From positions 35,443-99,442 of the forward strand of contig NMRA01000038.1 of assembly GCA_002633005.1 (NCBI GenBank): DNA of 64,000 bases, read 5' to 3'. Shown here in pieces: positions 26,701 through 36,487 of the stretch. A program made the position numbers and the translations under genes. The notes under the pieces were generated by a model. That model searched no databases and was not told where the DNA came from. It saw only the letters and a program-made list of their open reading frames with translations. Positions within the stretch are counted from its first letter, which is position 1, and each line of letters begins with the position of its first letter. This stretch comes from Phoronis australis. Taxonomy: Eukaryota > Animalia > Phoronida.

Positions 26701-27863
26701 CTCGGGTAAATTCACATCTGCAAAAATGGTACGATACTTTCTTCAGCGTTTGCTGCACGCGTCAGTGAGACTGCTGCACGTGCCACGAATCACCTCCTAC
26801 TATGACAGTCAAATGCACATAAACAGAACAGACCTAACCTATGATCTGTTTACGCCAAAACACAGATGCAGCGTCGTTTACCGGTAGGATAAAGTAAGCC
26901 AGGTTCGATAATAATTTATGAGTTCATGTCCTTGGTAAAATCCCCATCTCACACACTGGATTTACGGGACATCCAATCAAAATGGAAAAACAACCTTTGC
27001 ACAACATAAATCATATAGTTTATCAGTTTCCAAACACTAAACCAAATCCTTACACGTTAAGTCAAGGATAGTCTGTAACCCCACACATTAAACTCATACT
27101 TTGCTGGAGGCATCAAATCGCGAATTACTACATTCTATACTTGATTCTCGAATAGTAGATTGTTATCTAGTATCAATGTCAATGACAGCTATTTCCAAAG
27201 TGTATTGGCGTCGCAAATGGCCGAAATACCAAACGCTCAGGTTACCTTATTAACTGACAATAGTCGCGACAGTGGATTGTAAGCCATATTGTAGTATGAC
27301 AATAAGCGATCAACAGAAAGGCAACACGTGAGAACAACAAGATTAGACAGACGTCCGCGAGGATTTTGATTAAGTTTTTAACTTTACTTAGAGTGACGGA
27401 AAAAATCTTAGGTCCCTTTAAGATTTCTTTACTCGGTCTTGTAGCTCTCACAGATGTTAAACAGTAAAGCAGACAGTGAAATGACGTCATTGGTCATACA
27501 TATAACCAAGAAGAACACTGTTCCTTTTTGTTAGGGATGGACATGATATTGTCAACAGTTTTACCTAGGTAGCAGTTCCCTGGTCGGAATGTTCCAGTTA
27601 CTGATTTTTACATGATACATGTACTAACTAACCCCGTCCTAGCAGTACCAGCATAGATGCATGATTAGCGAAATTTAAACAAGTTAAAAATTAAGATTAT
27701 ACTCGACCGCTGAGTGTTTTTGTGGAATGTACACAGTGCTTCGGCATCAAGATGATGATATTCTACGTTATATAATGTACTTACCAGATTTCCCCACTTT
27801 CTCGCCGCCAAGAACCACAATACGCACAGGTCCCGTCATCTTTGACCGCACCATTGTCACCAT
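20300..27863 (-). CDS. RERGL: RERG/RERGL-like Ras-family small GTPase, 4 coding exons, 219 aa: join(27863-27785, 25439-25383, 22446-22370, 20746-20300)
   Basis: All three introns are GT-AG with compatible phases (1,1,0), giving 660 nt including the stop. Protein: MVTMVRSKMTGPVRIVVLGGEKVGKSAVTVRFLTRRFIGEYNSEIDMLYQYNLMMDDCSIDMEILDACHSEENEVAVYDTLNWCQAIVIVYSICDKESF...LLGNMTDLDHRRQV...FYEVSAA...ERKPSL. VRFLTxRFIGEY and the lack of CAAX are typical of the RERG/RERGL/RASL11 subfamily. Exact orthology is not established. Confidence 0.9.
22370..22446 (-). CDS. RERGL: RERGL-like coding exon 3 (up to G3)
   Basis: Polypyrimidine tract and TTTCAG|AT acceptor, donor G|GTGAGT, 77 nt. Encodes (D)MLYQYNLMMDDCSIDMEILDACHSE. 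Confidence 0.9.
25383..25439 (-). CDS. RERGL: RERGL-like coding exon 2 (switch I)
   Basis: Acceptor TTTCAG|CA, donor G|GTAAG, 57 nt. Encodes (A)VTVRFLTRRFIGEYNSEI. Confidence 0.92.
27785..27863 (-). CDS. RERGL: RERGL-like coding exon 1 (G1 P-loop)
   Basis: In-frame ATGs at 27863, 27854 and 27839. Encodes RIVVLGGEKVGKS. Donor G|GTAAGT at 27785/27784. Too short to appear in the ORF track. Confidence 0.9.
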
Positions 27864-27966
27864 AATATAAATTCTTGGTTGTCTATTTATGTCTCCCGGA
27901 TGATATCACGTCCCTTGAAAGAGGCTCTATAAATTCAAGTGTTCCTCAAGCCGAGAACAAACACGA

Positions 27967-28006
27967 CTTTATACCCCTGATAATGGTGACGTCACGAGGT
28001 CACGTG
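27967..28006 (-). promoter_or_regulatory. Core promoter of the RERGL-like gene: TATA box, CRE and E-box
   Basis: TATAAAG on the minus strand (27973-27967), ~100 nt upstream of the first ATG. Perfect CRE TGACGTCA at 27987-27994. CACGTG at 28001-28006 overlaps an AGGTCA half-site. Confidence 0.65.
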
Positions 28007-28421
28007 GGCGCCAAACAGGAATTCGAACTGACTCGCACTTGCCGGGTGATCTTCCGACATTGACAGATTACATTGAACATGCATTCGCGACCTGCAAATT
28101 ATGAACTGACCAGGTCGCAATCTACAAAGCCAATATACCTACTCCTTGAGGTTGAACAACAATCCCTCCTGAGACTGCGGTGACTACTCCCAGCTAAAAG
28201 TAGCCCATGATTTGTTAAGTCAGCTATTTAATACCTTGTTGAGGTCAGCCGGGTCGCAAACTTTGATTACTCAGCGCCGATCGACATTTTCACGGATGCC
28301 AGACTGCTGCGTCCCAGTTCAACCGAACATGATCCCGACCCTGGATAGGGAGGATCATCTTTGTTGAGGTAGGGGTGGTCAGTTGGGCTCCAGTAGAAAT
28401 CTCGGGTCATTATCCGTGTAA

Positions 28422-29903
28422 AAAATGAAAATCTTATACCCACGTGCCGTCTCCCACATTTGAACGGCTGAAAGTTGACTTAACCAGCGTTGAAACTTAA
28501 TTGACGAACATACATGTATACTGGCAGTGGTCTCGCACCGTGCCCGTCTTTCCAGAAAAAAATGTCATCGGGGATCGTAAACCGGGATCCTTGCGGCGGA
28601 AACTGAATTTCTCACTTTTATGGACGTAGTGAGCCTCAACGTTAATCTTATGCATAATCACAATTAAGTTATACAGAATTTATTGTTCTCCTTTTGTACA
28701 GCGGTTTAATTTCTGCCAAACTGAATTTACATCAAAAGTGTGCTAGATGTGACCTGAAAAATACCCATAGAGCGGCATGTTCCCGGTCGTTGACTGCCCC
28801 CGCATGGGATTTACCAGCTAGGGCTTTCAGAATACGCAAGAACTTACACGAGTTGAGTAGTGGCGATCACTCGATTTGCCGGTCTGTAATGGCGTGATCT
28901 TTCGTTTTTTGGGTCTTCGAAAGTTAGCTGTGTCTTCTTACCCATGTACCTCCTTAGTGCACCTGACGAGCCCAAGCACCATAATGTTCACTCACGCACG
29001 CCTCTCCTCTTTCGTGGAAGCATGTATTGCCCCCTCCCGATCCATCGATTTTCGTGTCTCGAGGACACACACTTCATTTCTTTGCTCAGGCACGGACCAA
29101 CCGTGCCCCGACACATGATTCCTAGCCCGGCCACCGTTCCCTTCACTCGCGCAACTTCACATAATNAAAATGAAAATCTTATACCCACGTGCTGTCTCCC
29201 ACATTTGAACCGTTGAAAGTGGACTTAACCAGCGTTGAAACTTAATTGACGAACATATACTGGCAGTGGTCTCGCACAGTGCCCGTCTTTCCAGAAAAAA
29301 TGTCATCGGGGATCGTAAACCGGGATCCTTGCGGCGGAAACTGAATTTCTCACTTTTATGGACGTAGTGAGCCTCAACGTTAATTTTATGCATAATCACA
29401 ATTAAGTCATACAGAATTTATTGTTCTCCTTTTGTACAGCGGTTTAATTTCTGCCAAACTGAATTTACATCAAAAGTGTGCTAAATGTGACCTGAAAAAT
29501 ACCCATAGAGCGGCATGTTCCCGGTCGTTGACTGCCCCCGCATGGGATTTACCAGCTAGGGCTTTCAGAATACGCAAGAACTTGCACGAGTTGAGTAGTG
29601 GCGATCACTCGATTTGCCGGTCTGTAATGGCGTGATCTTTCGTTTTTTGGGTCTTCGAAAGTTAGCTGTGTCTTCTTACCCATGTACCTCCTTAGTGCAC
29701 CTGACGAGCCCAAGCACCATAATGTTCACTCACGCACGCCTCTCCTCTTTCGTGGAAGCATGTATTGCCCCCTCCCGATCCATCGATTTTCGTGTCTCGA
29801 GGACACACACTTCATTTCTTTGCTCAGGCACGGACCAACCGTGCCCCGACACATGATTCCTAGCCCGGCCACCGTTCCCTTCACTCGCGCAACTTCACAT
29901 AAT
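28422..29903. repeat. ~740-bp near-identical tandem duplication separated by a single N (probable haplotype-overlap assembly artefact)
   Basis: Copy 1 is 28422-29165, N at 29166, copy 2 is 29167-29903. They differ by a few substitutions, one A in a homopolymer and a 6-bp indel. Confidence 0.9.
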
Positions 29904-29920
29904 GTAAAATCTACACGCAC
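29700..29920 (-). pseudogene. Possible decayed SWIM-type accessory ORF of a DNA transposon (also present in copy 1 of the duplication)
   Basis: CRGTVGPCL...GAIHAS...RAC loosely resembles the GxVxPS...GxIxxAxCxCxAG..CxH pattern of SWIM/YqaJ accessory proteins. The cysteines are largely lost. Confidence 0.2.
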
Positions 29921-30519
29921 AATGGCAACTGCTGGAATGTCTCTAGTTGTAAATACATTCTCGCTAATTTTTGAGGATACTTTTTTTTAAACAGAATCAT
30001 TTCACCACTGCTGCCTTTGCGACACAGTGCACAGCATTTAAAACAAAAAAAGTGAAAATGTTGTACAACCCTATTTGCTATCCCAGTACTGCATGACGTG
30101 TCTACAGGCCCTTTGATGCCGGCTGTGACGTCGACGCGTAGACATGGAAGGCGCACCACAAGGGACTGGGGCAGGGGCTATATTCCCCAATTTTTTCAGT
30201 ACTGTGTAGCCCATGGTCTATGGACGATTCACCACAGAGGGGCTATAGCCCCACTTTTTTCCAAAGACACGTTTGATATGATTGAATGAGAGTCAAGTAA
30301 TAGAAAAGAAACGAAAGAGCAACCGTGAACACTGTTTTGACCGGCGAAAACGGGATGAACCAGTTGAATGGAATAGACGTTTTGAAGTTATTAACCAGAG
30401 CTATAAAACAATAAAATCCGTTGAAGTCTTTGGGATTTTATTACACATCATCAATTTTCGTCGTTGTCTGCCAGATATTCGTTGAAATCAAGGTCGGTGA
30501 CTTCACCAGCGTTTAACAT

Positions 30520-30793
30520 GTTCTGACATATCAATGATTTGGACTTATCTCAGCCAACAGAGCGTTTGACTGTGACGCGAGAATGTCAGGCTCGATTCCA
30601 CGCTATGGCTGAACTCAGAAAAAATGCGCCAAACGCAAAAATTTTGTGCGCGGGTATGCCCGAACAACGCGCGGTCAAAGAAGTCCAACTGACTTGCTGT
30701 GGTAAAATTATACACGTACTGTACGTCGGCGAATATTTTCGTATGCGCGCTAAGGTACCACGATCGCATAAGGGGAATCACCCAGGAAGTTGA
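30520..30793 (+). pseudogene. Possible SGNH/GDSL esterase remnant of the CR1/L2 ORF1 type
   Basis: HINDLD...AELRKNAPNAKILCAGMP...GNHP resembles the GxND, LxxxxPxAKIxxSxxxP and DGxHP blocks. An in-frame stop lies just upstream. Confidence 0.3.
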
Positions 30794-31944
30794 ACGTTAA
30801 TAAAAAGCCCAGCAACACTAACACTTGCTCACAATGCAACACGTACGTGTCACAGTTGTCCTGCTCCCGTGCAAACGCACAAGTCACTATCTCATAATTG
30901 TAATTGTTATGTTATTTTTCATGGTGCAGGCAAGCTTTTGAGATGCAATTCTGACACCAAGAAATTGACAGAAATGGCAAATACGATGCTGGATTATCAA
31001 CCTAACCGTTATTAATAATCAATTAAGGGACCTCTGACATTTTGAAAAGTAGGCCAGCCATGCAATCCGTTTTTCTAGCTCCATGATGGAGGAGTATTCA
31101 ATTGAAGACGGGCCTATTGACTGATGGGCGCAGAATAAATGTTTTCTGTCCGTCAATGTATATGCAGCATGGGGGGATTGGAGAACTAAGCAATTTATCC
31201 TTACTTTTTAAAGCCCAGTCTATATCTTTTGGTTCCGTTAAAACTACTTTAGATTACTGGAACTCTTTCATTTTTATAGCATACCAAGAGTGGAGGCTTT
31301 ATCTCGTTGGAATGACAGGCCCTGCATGCTCGCGTTTCTCTTCATCCTCACTGCCACCTTGCGGCGTATCAAGGCAAGTGTAAGCACTAAGTATGTAAGA
31401 TCACTGGGTGTTATGAAAAACAGCGAATTGTTTTCTGACCTTCGGTTGCTCCGTGTATATACAGGAAATTGCAGTGACTAGATAGCTAACCAAAAAAACA
31501 ATATGGCAGTTCGTCCGCTATTTCAGCAGTGTGTCGAAGCGTGTTCAATAGAGTGAGCGCCCGCGAGCGATTTGAGCACCCTCGTTGAGGTAGGCTAATT
31601 TACACATAAGGAAAGCACCAGAAATGAAACCCGGTGATCAACATATACTTGCCGCCAAAAATAAAACAAGAGCGTGAGGAAATATTGAGTCCAGTTATTA
31701 ATCCCGGTAATTAACATGGGGGGCTCAGACCCCGGCCATTGCAAGCGTGCGAGCGAGACCACCGGTGCAACCGTTTTGCGCAGAGGAACACCTTTAGAGT
31801 TCCAGCCGCGTGCGCCCATCCGACCGTACTCTGCGGTTCAGTGCCCGAAAAAAAGCGTTGGGACCCCCGTTATATATGTTATTCTACATCCGCCACTGTA
31901 CGTGTAGCCCCCCCCCCAGCCCCGTTTTTGCACCGCCCATAGAC

Positions 31945-32013
31945 CTTGGGTGGCGTAGCATTGAAAAAAGTGGGGAGCTACACCCCCCAGCCATCTATGG
32001 TGCGCCGCCCATC
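31945..32013. mobile_element. ~70-bp mini-MITE (CATGGGCGGCGCA family), abutting a related element end at ~31904-31940
   Basis: Homologous to 45015-45088, 45093-45148 and 49705-49776. Related ends occur at ~30143-30185 and ~46646-46687. Confidence 0.65.
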
Positions 32014-33534
32014 ATAATACAAGATAAATCATGGTCAAGCCTTCGTCCTGAGAAAGCTCTGACTGGATATCAGTATGATTAGAAACGCTAGAATTGGCTT
32101 ATGGAGGTGCAAAGAATCGAAGAAAAAGAAACGATTGACATCCGTTCAGTGATAATTGATACACGAGGGACATTTGAAGCTTCGACGAATACTCGAGGTA
32201 TTCCGAGAAATGGTCACGCCGACTTCACCTAGTCTTTGGTCTAAGTTAGTATGCCATCTCAAAATTGTCCCCATCTTTGACCTGCACGCAGTAAGAAGAA
32301 TAATGATCATGATAATAATAATCCTCCGACGTAACATTGCAGCTGATTCCAAAAGAAAGGTTCAAAGTATGAAAATATCCTTCATCTGACTTTGTATTTA
32401 CCGTGGCACAACCAATTTATTAGTTTAATATGACGTGCGATAACACGTGCATGCATGAGGTTAGTCGAAAACAGGAATTAAACATAATCTGGGACATCTC
32501 TGAGCAAGACAAAAAAATTCTAAAATTTAGGCGAAATTTAATCAGTAAACAATGGAATGGCTAAAACTCAAAGAGTTCGACACGAATTCAATTCACCGTT
32601 GAATTTTTTTATTATTGTATATTTTAGCTTGGCCTACTACAAGCCTGCAGAATCTGAAAGTCAAATGGATTTCAAATTAAATCAATGACTGATTCTTTTG
32701 AAAACGGAAAAATGTCTTTGCCTGATGTCAGTTTTAAGTTATGACAGCTTTAATTATAATTACTGATTTTCTTACGCCGGTGTAAGTGAAAGGTTTTTCT
32801 TGTTTTTGAGTACCTCTGATTTTAACGTTTTCGTTTTTGTAAAGAGTTCTACGTAATTAAACGTTTTCTGTAGTGTCTTGTTTTGATGCTCCGCATGTCT
32901 CCGACGGAATAAAAAAAACATTAGGGTTCACAGTATATGAGCTATTTTAGTTCAGCAAATAGCATCACAAACGCAAACGCGCCAATTTTAAAATTACGAC
33001 TTCCGGTGCATTTCGTTAGATATCATTGTTTTCCAGTCGGGTCCTCATTCAAAGGTGTACATTTCAAACATAAAATTTACCGCATTTACCTGGGCTATTT
33101 TATGCTTATACTGTACTAAATAAATGACGAATTCAGGTTCAGGTTTCCAAGGTGTTTCACTTGAATGAGTTTTAATGAGAAAGGCGGTGATATCTTTAAG
33201 TAGTTAAAAGAAAAAGGTGAAAAATTGAGAAGGTATATACTAAATACTGTTAGAAAAAAAGAAGGAAAAGAGAGGACCTCTCAAAAGTAGCATTTTTGAA
33301 ACAGTTTGGGTGAGCGCTGTGAAAATAGATGTAATATTGGATTACGAAGTTACGTTTTGTACAGTACTGTGATAAGCTCGTGATTACGAGCAAAACTTTG
33401 TTTTGGCTATGATCATAATCACTGTATCCAATGCTGGAGAAATCAGGTTGTGCAGGTCACGTGAGCTCTGAAATTGTTTACACGCAGTCGCGGATTTAGA
33501 TTTGTCATAATGTTATAGACGGCGGCCTATTATT

Positions 33535-33700
33535 CAGTGCTGTAGTGGTAAAATTAGATGTACATGTAAGTAGGCGCCCAAAGCCCACCACTGCATCACT
33601 TTCGAGCACTGAACGTAGCTTACGGTGCGTAGGCGCTACGTTCAAGTACCAACAGGCGGTTGGCTGCGCCTACCTGCGCCTTCGCCCCACTACAGCACTG
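33535..33700. mobile_element. MITE with perfect 14-bp TIRs (hAT-like CAG termini)
   Basis: CAGTGCTGTAGTGG and CCACTACAGCACTG, with internal GTAGGCGC repeats in both orientations. No clear TSD. Confidence 0.75.
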
Positions 33701-34087
33701 CTTTTGTGAAACGTTATCACTTGCAAGATTACTGTTTTTGCACGAAATTAAGAGTTTTAAAGAAAACGTGATTCAATAAATGGTGCTGCCGTGGACCCAC
33801 CGTCACTGGCCCCACCATCGTCACCCACAGGAGCATGACCACATGTCACGTGCGTTAACCTGTTTTCACAGAATCAGACAGCTCATTCCCCTCGGCGTAA
33901 ACAATGCATGACAATAACAAGAAAGTCATGAACCAGAAATGTTGGGAGTACATTAGTGTCTCCAGTTGTTGAAATACTAAACTGCACCTAGGACACTGCA
34001 GAGAAGATATACATGTAGGAGTTTGCTACGCGCGGTTAGCTGCGACCGAGTGAGTTGGTTTCTGAGGCGTATACACATTTACATACA

Positions 34088-34199
34088 CATATTTCATTGA
34101 AGACACGACTTTGTTCTGTTTTTACGAGTTTAATTCCAGTTCTTTCAAACTCTCTATTTAGAACAGAACAGAACAAAGTCGTATCTTCAATGAAATATG
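34088..34199. repeat. Inverted repeat with 33-bp arms and one mismatch
   Basis: 34088-34120 is the reverse complement of 34167-34199 except at one position. An inner GAGTTT/AAACTC pair is also present. Confidence 0.9.
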
Positions 34200-36282
34200 C
34201 ATACGAGAAAGATTACTGCTAAATTATAGTGATATACAGATACATACACATGTAGCCTACCTTTAACATGTACATAAGAGTACAGCTCGGTAGCAGCCCC
34301 TCATCATCACAAACTTTAGTCGTGTTTTCAACGAAGTTTATATATCAATAAATAAATAATATAATGTATTGTAACGTCGTGCGGAAAATGACGAATACTT
34401 TATTAAGCGTGATGTGGGGATGAACTATTTGGGAAGGGGTGATTATTTTGGGGCAATATGGCCTCTACACGCTTATAAACATGTAATTGATGTGTGTGGA
34501 ACGACGCGACTGCACCGAATTTTTACAAAACTTGACGGTGGTCGAAATTTTAAAAGCGACCATACATGTAAATCCATGCATTCTGTCAAAAAAACAAGTT
34601 TTGACTACTTATTGTCATAACATTTACATTTTCATATCCTTTACACAGTTTAAAATTGATAACTGCGCTCGAGAGGAACTGGCAGTTTGTTATTTCCATA
34701 CCGAGGTCATAAAAGTTTAAGTCTCAACATGATCTCAAAATTTATGAGCTTGGTGTGAAGAAATACATGTAAGTGTCAATTCTGACTACCCAAGTCCTGA
34801 AATCACGCCTATCTTGACTGGTGAATAATTCATGACAAATTTCACAACGGTGGGCTTAAATCAAAAGTTGTTTTGACAGAAAGTACAGATTGACAGATGG
34901 GAATGCTGCTTTAAGAAAGTTTGTAAAGCAAAATGTTTGCTAAAGCATATCTTAACCGAAAAGTTGGGGGAAACCGATTTCTGTCCGCCCTAGCTTGCAA
35001 CATTGGATGAGAGGCGCTCACCCACCCTGCTCTCCGCTTTTTACGCCCTATTACCCTTGTTGTAATTACGAGGCTTTTAGTGTGGTCAAGATTTTTGCCT
35101 GCACATGAGTTTGTGGCAGAGGAAACCTTGCTAAAATTCGACGTTATGCTCAACACGTGTGTTCATAATGCTTTTTAACGGCTTTGAGAACTAAACGTTT
35201 AACGTTTTCAAATTATTTTACGGATTTTATTTGGCACAGTAGCGTAAATCATGCCCCGCACAAGTCCTCTACGTTTCAACCGCAATCTATTCTAAGCCAG
35301 TCGAGACGTCACCACGTATATCAGTCGAGTACCGGCAGCTTCTTCCGACTTCTGTCGTGTTTTAATAAATACTTCAAAATTTATTGCGCCATTTCCCATA
35401 TAATTTATTTAATATAACGTCGTCGTTGAGTGATTCACTCAATCATCGACATGGCAATAAAACGCGCGGAGTAATAAAAACATGGTTGCACTTACAGGGC
35501 GTATAAAACTTCCATATCGTGATATATGCTACGCCAGAGGGGACTGAATTATATCAAACTTAAATATACTTTAGCAGACGCTGCCCTCTGCCCTTGTAGT
35601 AGCGTTCCTTAAATAACCACTTTGACGCAACCGGTGCGGAAATAATTGTCTTCATTTATACGAGTACGGATGGTGAAATTGTTGTGCGTGAACTAAGAGC
35701 TTGATCTTACGATCGCGTATGCGTGAGCATGGAATACCTGAGGAAACTTGACAATTTACTCAAATTATTACGTTCACGTTTATAAAATATCCACTGCACT
35801 AAAGCATGTTACGTGATGTTAACGAAATGATGTAAATTTTAACCAACTTTTATTATCTCCATTTAACAATGCTGTATACAAGTTCAGATAAATGAAAAAA
35901 TTGGTGATCGTGGGGCTACTAATTACAAAAAAAATTATACTGAACAAAAACTTTGATCATCTCCGAAAGAAATTAAACAAAACCAGTTGTTCACAACTTG
36001 CAGCCGACAACTGAATTTGGCGGTGTACTGACCAGAACTTTTAACCAAAAACAGCTGAGAGAAAAATAATAAGTTAAAACTTCGGTCATATATTACAACC
36101 TTTTGTTCGATGTATGTAAGATGCATGATTTAATTTTCGGGATCCCTAAGCTAAGTTTGATAACTTTAGGGTCCCTTTAATGGTGGAATACGTGAATCTC
36201 TTGGACCTCATCACCTGGACGCTGCGGGTCCATAGAAGCCGGTTTTGTAATGGGCGCATTATACGAGGTAGGCCTACATGTG

Positions 36283-36487
36283 CAGAGGCAGATCTACGTT
36301 TTCAGTAAGGGGGGGGGGTTAGGATTCGCGCGAAACCGAGGTACGTAGCGCCGAGCGGAGGGAAGGTCAAGAGGGGGTTTCCCCTCCCGTGTAAGGTTTT
36401 TTTGGTTTTTAGTAGCTGATTTCGTTTTCCTGCCGACATTTTTTTAATTTATATTTTTGATCCTGTCCCCCCGTACATCCGCCTCTG
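36283..36487. mobile_element. MITE (CAGAGGCGGAT TIR) with 5-bp TSD
   Basis: CAGAGGCAGAT...ATCCGCCTCTG, flanked by ATGTG on both sides. Confidence 0.85.

Noticed and set aside
27990-28260. Estrogen response element, expected from the RERG name
   Set aside because: Only AGGTCA half-sites are present. No AGGTCAnnnTGACCT palindrome was seen.
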